Both the position numbers and the translations under genes were made by a program. Below are positions 20,701 through 29,723 of a stretch of 64,000 nt of DNA, in pieces (position 1 is the first letter of the stretch; the number at the start of each line of letters is the position of its first letter). The stretch comes from an uncultured Gemmatimonadota bacterium (lineage in GTDB: Bacteria; Blakebacterota; Blakebacteria; Blakebacterales; Blakebacteraceae): contig CAZWVF010000001.1 of assembly GCA_964637695.1 (NCBI GenBank), positions 7,445 to 71,444 of the forward strand. The letters are read 5' to 3'. The notes below the pieces were generated by a model. It made no database searches and was not told the DNA's origin. It saw only the letters and a program-made list of their open reading frames with translations.

Positions 20701-21119
20701 TATTCGGCGGGGGGATCAACATCATGAGCCTTGTTGGAATGGTCGTGCTGACCGGAATCGTGGTGAACGATGCGATCATCAAGGTCGACTTCATTAACCA
20801 GCTGAGGAACAGGGGACGTCCTCTGCGCCAGGCGATAGTAGAGGCGGGTCATTACCGACTGCGACCGATCATGATGACCACAGTCACGACGGTGCTCGGG
20901 TTGACGCCGTTGGCCCTCGGAATAGGTGCAGGCGCGGAACTGCGCAGTCCGCTGGCCGTGGCGGTGATAGGGGGGCTCATCTCGGCCACCGGTCTGACCC
21001 TGATCGTGATCCCGGTCGTCTATTCAATCATGGAAGGCATCAGGGGCGAAAGTCTGGGAGACCGCTCCACCTCATTCCAACCGGGTGGTGCGGGCATGCA
21101 CCGTGAGGTCAGGTTGTGA
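17712..21119 (+). CDS. RND efflux transporter permease (HAE1/AcrB-like), paralog 1
   Basis: 1135 aa with 12 TM helices and two large periplasmic loops. N-terminus RRPVATAMFFLAVVLIG. Carries an enlarged cytoplasmic loop of ~70 extra residues. Confidence 0.9.
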   Translation: MHISELSIRRPVATAMFFLAVVLIGAISFSRLAVDLFPSLSFPRLVVWTTYTNVSPEEVEQFISERIEQSLLRVPGIREIHSVSREGVSLVTVEFNWDVDMEYAMLNVREKLDILRSQLPELAGRPTILKADPNAEPIMSLAVSGRGGLHEIKGLADNVVKRRLEQIDGVALAAVTGGTERQIRVEVNREIVESLGITLQQVQNALANSNMMSMGGNINRGRFQWYLRPIGDFQTIEDIEQVVVVSRGSRLVKISDIGEVVDGFKERDNLTRFNGSESIGILVQKEAGSNTSQVSSKVHEVLDELEVEYTGLDVAIAFDQAEFVNNSIGNVIWAIALGGLFAFLMLFFFLHDIRNPLNIGLAIPISIIATFSLLYFAGITLNMMSLGGLALGVGLLVDNSIVVLENIFRHREEGEDRFEGAINGAREVAMAVTASTFTTISVFLPIIFVQGVAGQLFRDQALTVAFSLLASLIVSLTILPMMASRFLHMESFIKEKLEADRSAGRDATGTAGGAAGVIEEFTPPGKPAGFFKRILLVVSWPFRKLFKLVRWVFRLAGGLMNAAGRILMLGFSSALRNVSQAARKTTAPLFRGFDRAFERFSNIYHNALEWSLDHRSRILAFCGVLILLALWIGYRLDKRLIPQVDQGEFSISMVLPAGSSLESTSEAAAVIEGWLLEMEEVQHVFMNAGLIRSESALGSQDSDINMATLRVRLKPKAERNTFEIVSELRQRGTQLYGAELTFNTGETTFTEILGTSQADLAVKVRGLNLDVMQKLADGVEEKLGDVEGLRDINSDFAIGKPEIRLTVDRRVTEQYGLSVRAVVDMVSSTIKGNIATEFQDFDRKVEVLVREGEADRKSLQQILSMGLPLPTGGGDRIPLRELVDWRYTTGPNEVRREAQNRQITVFASVEGRRLDDAIAEVESLMLGMAVPDGYEIVVGGVNEEMRRSFRSLFFALGLAILLVYMILAAQFESLIHPFTIMSTVPLAVIGVVLALQIFGGGINIMSLVGMVVLTGIVVNDAIIKVDFINQLRNRGRPLRQAIVEAGHYRLRPIMMTTVTTVLGLTPLALGIGAGAELRSPLAVAVIGGLISATGLTLIVIPVVYSIMEGIRGESLGDRSTSFQPGGAGMHREVRL

Positions 21120-24100
21120 AAAGTTCAGTCCTGACAAATCAGTGCCTGCGCCGTCCGGTTACCACAGCGATGGTCTTTACGGTCCTGCTGGCCATAGGTG
21201 TGGCCAGTCTGATCCGGATACCCCTGGAGACCTACCCGGAGCTGGAGATACCCAGGATGACCGTAAGGGGAAGCTGGAGCGAAGCGAGCCCTGAAGCGGT
21301 CGAGGCCTTCATGACCTCACCTCTGGAAGCAGAGGCCAGCACCCTGGCAGGCATCAAGGAGGTAAAGAGCACTTCGAGCCGGGGCAATGCCAGGATCGAT
21401 CTGGAGTTCGCTCCCGATACAGATATGGACTTCGCCAGGCTCGAGCTGAACGAGAAGGTCTCCCGGCTCAGGGAATCACTTCCCCCCGGCGTCAATATCT
21501 CGATAAGCCAGTACGTACCGCCCGACATGCAGGAGGAGAACCTGCTGCAGTACACATTTACAGGGATGCAGAGCATCAACGAACTGCAGAAGTACGCCCA
21601 GGACCTGATCGAACGTCCGATGAGCGTGGTGAGCGGCGTGGCCGGCGTCTACATATCGGGTGGAGAGCAGAGGCAACTGAGGGTTGTCCTCGACAGGCAC
21701 AAGACGGAATCGCTCGGTATTGACCACATGGAGGTGGCCCGCAACCTCCAGCAGATAGCCAGCATCGTCGAAACGGTGGGCCTGATAAAGAAGGACACCT
21801 ACCAGTACAACCTGGTGGTCAGGGACGATTTCAATGATCTGAACACCCTGCGCAACGCCATCGTGGCCAGAAGGAGCGATCGTTTCATCCGGCTCGGTGA
21901 GATAGCACGTGCAGTGGATGGATACTCAGAGCCCAGAGGTTACCAGCGGCTGAACGGCCGGGCGAGGGTGGCGATCTTCATCAGTGCGGTGGCGGGCAGC
22001 AACATCATAGATGTAGCCCGGAGGGCGAAGGCGCGGATGGAAGAGATCCGCGAGACCCTGCCGGCGGGAACGCAGCTGATCGAGGAGAGAGACAACAGCG
22101 AAACGATCAGGAACGAGCTGGATGGACTCGAATTCCGCAGCGTACTGATCATATTCCTGATCTTCATCGTACTGCTCGTCTTCCTGCGCGGCATAGCCAA
22201 TCCGCTGATAATTCTCTCCAGCATCGCTACCAGCGTGCTGTTGACGATCTCCCTCTTTTACTTCACGGGCGCATCTCTGAATATGATGACCCTGGCGGGG
22301 CTGGCACTGGGATTCGGGATGATGGTCGACAACTCGATAGTGGTGCTCGACAACATCCACCGGCACAGGGAGCGGGGCAGCGGCAGGCTGGCGGCGGCCA
22401 GCATAGGCACTTCGAGGGTGATGATGCCGATCCTGGCCGGGACGGCTACAACCATCATCGTTTTCCTGCCCTTCCTCTACCTGCAGGGTGAGCTGAGGGT
22501 CGTTTACATGCCCTTTGCCCTGGCGGTGGTAACGAGCCTGGCGTGCTCTCTGGTGGTTTCCTTCACGCTGATACCCAGCCTGGCTGCACGCGTGCTGGGA
22601 ACGCCGGCCGCCCAGGCCGGAGCTGGGGGTGCCCGGTTCGACCCGGGATCAGGCAACAACCAGGTCAAAGAGGATCCGTGGAAGCTGGGAGAGCTGGAGA
22701 TCGAGGAGGAGGCCGGGATCGTTCACGGCATGGATAAGGGAGCAGAGCATACTCTCAAGATAGGGGACAACATTTACCAGAGGGTTCTCCGTTTTATGCT
22801 GACCCACAAGATCATAGTCATACTCATCGTCCTGCCTGTCTTTGCCGGCTCATATCACGTTTTCGATACGAAGGTGACCAAGGGGCGCATCTGGCGGGCG
22901 TATGGACCCAGTCGGGAATACCTCAACGTCAGCATGAGAGCCCCAACCGGGTCAGATCTGGATGTGATGGAGGATCTGGTCAACAAATTCGAAGCGAAGC
23001 TGCTGCCGATTTACGAGTCGGGCCAGATAGAAGACTTCGAGACGAACATTACATCCCGCTATGCCGGCATCAGGATCAGCTTCCCCGAGGATGTGATCAG
23101 GGGGGGGATTCCCTATCTGGTCAAGGATCAGCTTTCGGTGTTCGCAGGCCTGCTGGCCGGCGGTATGAATATCAGCGTCACCGGATTCGGCGACTACTTT
23201 TCGGCGGGCAGCTTTGGGAGTTCATCGTACAGCTCGAGAATCAAGTTCCTTGGTTACAACTACCTGAGGGTGAAGGAGCTGGCGGAGGAGCTGGCGGAGC
23301 GGCTGAAGCGCAACCCCAGGATCCGCGAGGTGGACACAAATTACGGATCGTTTTCGCGCGGTGCCGAAAAGCAGATAGTGCTCCGGTTCGACCGTGAGGC
23401 GCTGGCTGCCCACGGGCTGACCGCCAGGGATATGATCTACTTCGTCGGCCGCTACGTCAGGACGACATCGGGTGGAAGGGTCACCTACGGAGGGGAGGAG
23501 ATCGATTTCCAGGTTAAGGTGGATGGCTATGACGATCGCGACATCATTGAACTGATGAACGCAACAGTAACTACACGCAACCGTGGCAAGGCACGGATGC
23601 GCGATCTGGGCGAAATGACCATCGAGCCGGTCATGGGTACGATCCAGAGGCAGGACCAGCAGTACACGCGTACCGTAGGGTATGAATTCCGCGGTCCATA
23701 CAAGATGGGTGAAAGGGTTCGCGAACAGATCATGGATTCCACGATCCTGCCCAATGGCTACGAGTTCGATGAGAGCGAACGGATCTGGCAGACCGAGGAG
23801 GAGAAGCAGCAGCTCCTGCTGGTGCTCGGCTTTGCCCTTCTGCTTGTCTACATGCTGACCGCCGCACTCTTCGAGTCCTTCTTCCACCCCTTCACGATCA
23901 TCCTGACCGTTCCACTTGCGATGATCGGCGTATTCCTCGGCTACTGGTTCTTCAGCAAGGGATTCGACAGGTCGGCCTACGTCGGAGTAATCCTGATGGG
24001 GGGGATCGTGGTCAACAACTCGATCATCCTGGTCGACCATATAAACTCCCTGCGCCGCTTCCTGCCGCGTCGCGACGCGGTGGTGCGGGCAGCCAGAGAG

Positions 24101-24364
24101 AGGGCCCGTCCGATCCTGATGACTACATTCACAACCGTGATCGGACTGATGCCGCTGATAATCCTCGCCGAGGAAGGGCAGGACCAGTGGTACACCCTGG
24201 CGTTTACGATCTGCGTGGCGCTGCCTGTGGCCACATTCTTCACCCTGACCATTATTCCCCTCGTCTACGAGCTGATGGATTCGATGCAGACACAGTTCAG
24301 GAAGGGTATCGGAACGCTGGCGCTGGCTGCGCAGGGTGAGCAGGCTTCTCCCGAGAAATCCTGA
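21116..24364 (+). CDS. RND efflux transporter permease, paralog 2 (MdtB/MdtC-like pair with the preceding gene)
   Basis: 1082-aa RND protein with N-terminus RRPVTTAMVFTVLLAIG. Its GTG start overlaps the upstream stop (GTGA). Confidence 0.9.
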   Translation: MKSSVLTNQCLRRPVTTAMVFTVLLAIGVASLIRIPLETYPELEIPRMTVRGSWSEASPEAVEAFMTSPLEAEASTLAGIKEVKSTSSRGNARIDLEFAPDTDMDFARLELNEKVSRLRESLPPGVNISISQYVPPDMQEENLLQYTFTGMQSINELQKYAQDLIERPMSVVSGVAGVYISGGEQRQLRVVLDRHKTESLGIDHMEVARNLQQIASIVETVGLIKKDTYQYNLVVRDDFNDLNTLRNAIVARRSDRFIRLGEIARAVDGYSEPRGYQRLNGRARVAIFISAVAGSNIIDVARRAKARMEEIRETLPAGTQLIEERDNSETIRNELDGLEFRSVLIIFLIFIVLLVFLRGIANPLIILSSIATSVLLTISLFYFTGASLNMMTLAGLALGFGMMVDNSIVVLDNIHRHRERGSGRLAAASIGTSRVMMPILAGTATTIIVFLPFLYLQGELRVVYMPFALAVVTSLACSLVVSFTLIPSLAARVLGTPAAQAGAGGARFDPGSGNNQVKEDPWKLGELEIEEEAGIVHGMDKGAEHTLKIGDNIYQRVLRFMLTHKIIVILIVLPVFAGSYHVFDTKVTKGRIWRAYGPSREYLNVSMRAPTGSDLDVMEDLVNKFEAKLLPIYESGQIEDFETNITSRYAGIRISFPEDVIRGGIPYLVKDQLSVFAGLLAGGMNISVTGFGDYFSAGSFGSSSYSSRIKFLGYNYLRVKELAEELAERLKRNPRIREVDTNYGSFSRGAEKQIVLRFDREALAAHGLTARDMIYFVGRYVRTTSGGRVTYGGEEIDFQVKVDGYDDRDIIELMNATVTTRNRGKARMRDLGEMTIEPVMGTIQRQDQQYTRTVGYEFRGPYKMGERVREQIMDSTILPNGYEFDESERIWQTEEEKQQLLLVLGFALLLVYMLTAALFESFFHPFTIILTVPLAMIGVFLGYWFFSKGFDRSAYVGVILMGGIVVNNSIILVDHINSLRRFLPRRDAVVRAARERARPILMTTFTTVIGLMPLIILAEEGQDQWYTLAFTICVALPVATFFTLTIIPLVYELMDSMQTQFRKGIGTLALAAQGEQASPEKS

Positions 24365-24386
24365 TTCAGCCCCTTTTATGCTGTAA

Positions 24387-24419
24387 AATGTGGCGGAAGT
24401 CTTAACAGGTGGCCACATT
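24387..24419. promoter_or_regulatory. Inverted repeat AATGTGGC-N17-GCCACATT upstream of the skp-like gene
   Basis: 8-bp perfect inverted repeat seen in sequence. No T-run follows it. It lies 35-65 nt upstream of the likely skp start. Operator-like. Confidence 0.25.
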
Positions 24420-24453
24420 CTCAAGAGACAATCACTTGCATGGAGGAATTTAC

Positions 24454-25110
24454 GTGTCGAGAAGTTCTACTCTTTCGTGGCAGATGTATGCGGTTACAGC
24501 CCTCATCGCACTCACCGCAGGCGGCATCGGCGGCAGACTGGCACCACCGGTTCCCCGGGCCCGCGCAGAAGGGATTTTGTGGGCCGCACCCGGTTACGGG
24601 ATAGAGATGCCGGCCCGGCAGGAGGAGGGTCAACCTGCTCAGACTCAGCAGGTCCCGAAACTCGGGTTCATCAGATCGGATATCATTCTGAGCATGCACC
24701 CCGGTGTGCCCGGCATTCGCGCCAGCATCGAGGAGCAGCTGAGGGCGTGGCAGCGGCAGCAGGAAGACATGCAGGCCAGGGCCGAAGCTCTTCAGAATGA
24801 ATTGAGGACGGCCCAGCTGAGCCCGGTCAGGCGCCGTACCCGGCAGGAGGAGCTACAGCAGACGATCGACGAACTTAACCAATTCCAGACCCAGATGTGG
24901 TCTTCGGGCGGTCTGGCGGAGCAGAAGGAACAGGAACTGATGCAGCCGATCTTCGACGAGATAGATGCCGTAATCAGGGATATAGCGGAGGGGCAGGGGT
25001 TCCACCTGATATTCGATGCTTCTGCCGGCGGGCTCCTCTTCGGGCATCTCGATATGGACCTGACGAGACAGGCGATGGATAAACTCGGGATCGAACCGCC
25101 TGCAGAATGA
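24454..25110 (+). CDS. skp: OmpH/Skp-family periplasmic chaperone
   Basis: Coiled-coil-rich ~200-aa protein with a signal peptide and an OmpH-like C-terminus (GFHLIFDASAGGLLFG). A GTG at 24454 is preceded by GGAGGA at 7 nt. The track ORF starts at 24409. Confidence 0.62.
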   Translation: MSRSSTLSWQMYAVTALIALTAGGIGGRLAPPVPRARAEGILWAAPGYGIEMPARQEEGQPAQTQQVPKLGFIRSDIILSMHPGVPGIRASIEEQLRAWQRQQEDMQARAEALQNELRTAQLSPVRRRTRQEELQQTIDELNQFQTQMWSSGGLAEQKEQELMQPIFDEIDAVIRDIAEGQGFHLIFDASAGGLLFGHLDMDLTRQAMDKLGIEPPAE

Positions 25111-25343
25111 ATATCACATTCCACGGCGGTGTTCGCACCGTTACGGGCTCGAAGCATCTTCTCGAGCTTCCCGACTGCCGCCTTCTGCTCGAGTGCGGGC
25201 TCTCCACCCATGCAGATCGCGATGAACTGCTCGACTACATGCGCGGAATGTCGTCGCCACCCCGTACAGTCTATATCGTTCACGGGGACGAAAAGCAGAG
25301 CCTCGCCTATGCATCTCACCTGCAGGGCGAAGGGTTCAACTAA
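25107..25343 (+). pseudogene. Internally deleted remnant of an MBL-fold (beta-CASP/RMMBL-type) metallo-hydrolase
   Basis: 78-aa ORF. Residues 1-33 (MNITFHGGVRTVTGSKHLLELPDCRLLLECGLS) match the N-terminus of MBL-fold RNA-metabolising hydrolases. Residues 34-78 (THADRDELLDYM...RTVYIVHGDEKQSLAYASHL) match the C-terminal tail of the same family. The ~350 aa between them are missing. Start overlaps the skp stop (ATGA). Confidence 0.45.
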
Positions 25344-25405
25344 GTCCACGTCCCGCACGAAGGTGATTCCTTCGACCTCCTTTCAGGCAGGCAGGTCGGG
25401 GGGCG

Positions 25406-26413
25406 ATGAGGGGTGGTTATATGAGTCAGCTCGAAGCAGATCTCTTTGAAGGGGAAGGATTCGACAAGGGCCACTGGATCGAAGACCTGAAACCGGGCCT
25501 GACCGTCAAAGGGGTATTCGCCGTTTCCCGCGCAGCGGCAAGACCGAAGAAGGATGGCTCCTCCTTCCTTAGCCTCGAACTTCAGGATAGAACCGGACGG
25601 ATGACAGCCGTTGCATGGGAGCACGCCCACCTGGCTCCACAGCTCGAGCGCGGTGCGGTCGTGCGCGTATCGGGTGTGGTCGACACCTACCGGGAGAGAC
25701 CTCAGGTGAAGGTTCTCCAGATGGAACTGATGACAGGGGATGTTCCGCCGGAGTTGTTCCTGCCGGGGGGCCACCAGGAGAGAGAACTGCTCGAAACGCG
25801 CGTGGCTGAGGTGCGCTCAAAGGTCGAAACTCCATATCTGAAAGATCTGCTCACAAAGGTGTTCGATGAAGATCAGCTCCTGGGGCCGTATCTGGAGGCC
25901 CCTGCAGCCAAACTGCGGCACCAGGCCTACGTCGGCGGCCTGGCCGAGCACAGCCTCAATATGGCGGAACACGCCCTCCATTGTGCCGGATTCTACCCCG
26001 AACTCGACAGGGACCTGCTTGTCGTTGCAGCACTTTTTCATGATATCGGAAAAATTTTCGAGTATCGCGTTGATACCTCAATTGATTATTCAGATGAGGG
26101 AAGGCTGGTGGGACATATCGTAATAGGGGAACGACTGGTCCGTCAGGCAGCGGATTCGATCGCCGATTTTCCTGAAGAGGTCAAGATGCACCTCAGCCAC
26201 CTGATATTAAGTCATCAGGGGAGGCTGGAATACGGATCTCCTGTGAAGCCTCAGTCGCTCGAGGCCGTCGTGCTTTACGCGCTCGATCTCCTCGATTCCC
26301 GCGTGGCGACCTTCCGGGACATACGGGACAGCCACGAGGGGGAGGATCGAACCTGGAGCGATTATGACCGTCTCGACGATCGATTCTGGTATCTGAAGGG
26401 TGGCGTCGGCTGA
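25406..26413 (+). CDS. yhaM: 3'-5' exoribonuclease YhaM-like (OB-fold + HD domain)
   Basis: N-terminal OB fold followed by an HD-domain motif (HSLNMAEHAL...LFHDIGK...HLILSHQG). Confidence 0.75.
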   Translation: MRGGYMSQLEADLFEGEGFDKGHWIEDLKPGLTVKGVFAVSRAAARPKKDGSSFLSLELQDRTGRMTAVAWEHAHLAPQLERGAVVRVSGVVDTYRERPQVKVLQMELMTGDVPPELFLPGGHQERELLETRVAEVRSKVETPYLKDLLTKVFDEDQLLGPYLEAPAAKLRHQAYVGGLAEHSLNMAEHALHCAGFYPELDRDLLVVAALFHDIGKIFEYRVDTSIDYSDEGRLVGHIVIGERLVRQAADSIADFPEEVKMHLSHLILSHQGRLEYGSPVKPQSLEAVVLYALDLLDSRVATFRDIRDSHEGEDRTWSDYDRLDDRFWYLKGGVG

Positions 26414-26486
26414 TATATCCTCCCTGAAGCAGCGCGCCCAAGTGCCCCTAGTCAGGAATTCGGGACACTAAAAACAAGGAGCAGGT

Positions 26487-28757
26487 GTGGTAAAGAATTC
26501 ATCCGGTCATCCGGTCAATAACCTGGTTGTGGTGGAATCACCGGCGAAGGCCAGGACAATCGAACAGTATCTGGGCGAGGGATTCACGGTCCTGGCCAGC
26601 ATGGGACACGTGCGCGATCTGCCTAAGAAGGATCTGGGTGTGGACCTGGAGGGGGGAACCTTTGAGCCCAAATATGTCTCGATACGGGCCAAATCGAAGG
26701 TGATGTCTGAACTGAAGAAGGCGGCTGAAAAGGCCGAAACGATCTACCTGGCGACCGACCACGACAGGGAAGGAGAGGCGATCGCGTGGCATGTAGCCGT
26801 CCTGCTGGGCGAAAAGGACCCTGTCGGAAACCCGCGTTACCGCAGGCTGATATTCAACGAGATAACCAGGTCTGCAGTCACCGAAGCGCTCGATCACGCA
26901 TCAGAGATCGACTGGAACAAGGTGAAGGCCCAGAAGGCCCGGCGTGTGCTCGACCGTATCGTAGGCTATCAGGTTTCTCCACTGCTCTGGAAGGCTCTCT
27001 ACAGGGGTCTGTCGGCCGGCCGGGTGCAGAGCGTAGCCCTCAGGCTGATCTGCGAGCGGGAGAGCGAGATCGATGCGTTCGTACCCAGGGAGTACTGGAC
27101 CCTCGAAGCGCTCTTCGAAACGGCGGTCGAAGGGGGTCGGGTAACGTATGAAGCCACACTCGACAAGGTGGATGGCAAATCCCCGGAGGCGGGCAGTGAG
27201 GCGGAAGCCGATGATCTGGTCGCAGCCGCCAGCCGGCAGTCCTACAGCATTGCCGGCGTCGAGAAGAAGGAGAGGAAGAGGAATCCGGCCCCCCCATTCA
27301 TCACCAGCACACTGCAGCAGGAGGCCGCCCGCAAGCTGGGTTTCCCCGCCCGCAGGACCATGTCGGTGGCCCAGCAGCTCTACGAGGGAATCGAGATCCC
27401 GGGAGAGGGCTCGGTCGGGCTTATCACTTATATGAGAACCGATTCGGTCAGGGTCGCAGCGGGAGCTGTCGTGGCAGCAAGGGAATTGATTTCGGCCGAA
27501 TACGGCAGCGATTACCTGCCCGAAAAACCAAAGGTATACCGAAGTCGAAAAGGTGCGCAGGACGCTCACGAAGCGATAAGGCCTACCGATCCTGCACATC
27601 TGCCCTCCACGACCAGTGCACATCTCGACAGGGATCAGCTCCGGCTCTACGAGTTGATCTGGAAGAGATTCGTGGCCTCGCAGATGAACGCAGCAGAATT
27701 CGAAGCCACGACCGTGCTCACGAAGGGAGGGCGGTTCCAGTTCAGGAGTACCGGCTCGGTGCTCACCTTCCCCGGCTTCCTCGCCCTGTACAGGGAGGGG
27801 AAAGACGAGGAGAACGGCGCGGAAGAGGGTGAGAAGGAACTGCCTGCAGGTTTGACCGAAGGGGCTGAGGCGGTGATGGAGGAGCTGGCAGGAGAGCAGC
27901 ATTTCACCAAGCCGTCCCCCCGTTTCACAGAAGCCTCACTGATCAAGGAACTGGAACAGAACGGCATCGGTCGGCCCTCCACCTACGCGCAGATTATTTC
28001 GGTGCTGCTCGATCGCAGGTATGTTGAACGGGAGCGGAAAAGCCTGATGCCAACCGATCTGGGACGCCAGGTCAGCGAGCTGCTCGTGGATCTCTTTCCC
28101 GACATATTCCAGGTCGAGTTCACCGCCGGTATGGAGGATGAGCTGGACAAGGTGGAATCGGGTCAGGATGAATATGTCGATGTGCTCGGTTCGTTCTACG
28201 AACCGTTTCAGCGCGACCTGGAGGAGGCCATGACCCGCCTGAAGGAGATCAAAAAGAAACTTCAGGAGGAGACGGAGGAGGTATGCGAGGAATGCGGCGA
28301 GCCGATGGTGATCAAGTGGGGCCGCAGGGGACGCTTCCTGGCATGCAGCGGATACCCCGGGTGCAGGAACACCCGCTCACTGGAAGAGGAAGAGTCGGCC
28401 CCGGTCGATGTGAAGTGTCCCGAATGCGAGTCGGAAATGGTCGTGAAGAACGGACGGTTCGGCAAGTTCCTGGCATGCAGCCGCTATCCAGAATGCAAGG
28501 GCACCAGGCCCTTCCTGATCGGAGTCGATTGTCCGGAATGCGGGGAGCCGATGTCGGAGAAGCGAACCAGAAAGGGTCGTGTATTCTTCGGCTGCACCAA
28601 CTATCCGACGTGCAAATTCGCAAGCTGGGATCCGCCGGTGCAGAAGGAGTGCCCGGTCTGCGGCTGCTCGATACTTGTCCAGAAAGGTGCCAGATCGGGT
28701 ACTCTTCATTACAGTTGTCCCAGGTGTAAGAGCGTTCTCGATCCTGAATCTCTCTGA
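26487..28757 (+). CDS. topA: DNA topoisomerase I
   Basis: 756 aa with a TOPRIM N-terminus (VVVESPAKARTIEQYLG), the active-site Tyr region and three or four C-terminal C4 zinc-ribbon repeats. Confidence 0.95.
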   Translation: MVKNSSGHPVNNLVVVESPAKARTIEQYLGEGFTVLASMGHVRDLPKKDLGVDLEGGTFEPKYVSIRAKSKVMSELKKAAEKAETIYLATDHDREGEAIAWHVAVLLGEKDPVGNPRYRRLIFNEITRSAVTEALDHASEIDWNKVKAQKARRVLDRIVGYQVSPLLWKALYRGLSAGRVQSVALRLICERESEIDAFVPREYWTLEALFETAVEGGRVTYEATLDKVDGKSPEAGSEAEADDLVAAASRQSYSIAGVEKKERKRNPAPPFITSTLQQEAARKLGFPARRTMSVAQQLYEGIEIPGEGSVGLITYMRTDSVRVAAGAVVAARELISAEYGSDYLPEKPKVYRSRKGAQDAHEAIRPTDPAHLPSTTSAHLDRDQLRLYELIWKRFVASQMNAAEFEATTVLTKGGRFQFRSTGSVLTFPGFLALYREGKDEENGAEEGEKELPAGLTEGAEAVMEELAGEQHFTKPSPRFTEASLIKELEQNGIGRPSTYAQIISVLLDRRYVERERKSLMPTDLGRQVSELLVDLFPDIFQVEFTAGMEDELDKVESGQDEYVDVLGSFYEPFQRDLEEAMTRLKEIKKKLQEETEEVCEECGEPMVIKWGRRGRFLACSGYPGCRNTRSLEEEESAPVDVKCPECESEMVVKNGRFGKFLACSRYPECKGTRPFLIGVDCPECGEPMSEKRTRKGRVFFGCTNYPTCKFASWDPPVQKECPVCGCSILVQKGARSGTLHYSCPRCKSVLDPESL

Positions 28758-28778
28758 CCCGCCCGCAGGGGTGAGGAA

Positions 28779-29723
28779 ATGAGCCAATCGTTGCGTGATC
28801 TGATCGATCCCTTTACCGAATATCTCCTGTCGGTTCGTGCGCTCTCACAGCACACCGTTACGGCATATTCGAAGGATGTCAGACAGTTCACATCATGGGT
28901 GAAATCGCACACGGGAGAGAACCTGCCCCCCTCAGCGGTTGATCACAAACTTCTGAGATCATTTCTGGGCACTCTCCGCAGCCGGGGGTATGCACCCGGA
29001 ACCGTATCGAGGAAGCTGGCCAGCCTTCGCGCATTTTTCAGGTACCTTCAGCAGTCGGGCATAACCGATCACGACCCTGCCTCTCTGCTGCAGTCACCCC
29101 GACTGCCTCAGCGGCTCCCCACATACTTCAGCAGGGCCGAGATGGCAGAAGCGCTGAAGGGTGGCGATGGAGATGATTTCCAGGTGGTGCGCGACCGCGC
29201 GATACTCGAGTTTCTGTACAGCACGGGGATCCGACTCACAGAGTTGATCGAACTCGATATCGAATCTGTCGACAGGCGGGACCGAACTGTGAGGGTTATG
29301 GGGAAAGGCAAAAAGGAGAGAATCACTCCCGTGGGCGGGCCCGCTCTGAAAGCTCTCGGCGATTACCTGGGCGCCCGATCTGAATTATTGAGTAAGAAAG
29401 GTCGTACAGGTGCAGTGGCGCTCTGGATCAATCGATCGGGCAACAGGCTGAGCGGCCGCAGTGTGCAGAGGATGGTCAGACGCTATCTGCGCAATGTGAC
29501 CGACAGAAAGAAGGTGAGCCCGCACGTGATAAGGCATACATTCGCCACCCACCTGCTCGATGCGGGAGCCGATCTGCGCGCGGTGCAGGAACTGCTGGGC
29601 CACGAGAGCCTCTCGACCACACAGCTGTATACGCACCTTACCACCGACAGGCTTAAACAGGTTTACGAGAAGGCCCATCCGAGGGCCGACAGGGAATACC
29701 GACCGGAAGGGAAGAGGTCATGA
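28779..29723 (+). CDS. xerC: Tyrosine recombinase XerC/CodV
   Basis: 314-aa ORF with the R..H..R..Y catalytic motifs (RHTFATHLL...LGHESLSTTQLYTH). Confidence 0.88.
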   Translation: MSQSLRDLIDPFTEYLLSVRALSQHTVTAYSKDVRQFTSWVKSHTGENLPPSAVDHKLLRSFLGTLRSRGYAPGTVSRKLASLRAFFRYLQQSGITDHDPASLLQSPRLPQRLPTYFSRAEMAEALKGGDGDDFQVVRDRAILEFLYSTGIRLTELIELDIESVDRRDRTVRVMGKGKKERITPVGGPALKALGDYLGARSELLSKKGRTGAVALWINRSGNRLSGRSVQRMVRRYLRNVTDRKKVSPHVIRHTFATHLLDAGADLRAVQELLGHESLSTTQLYTHLTTDRLKQVYEKAHPRADREYRPEGKRS

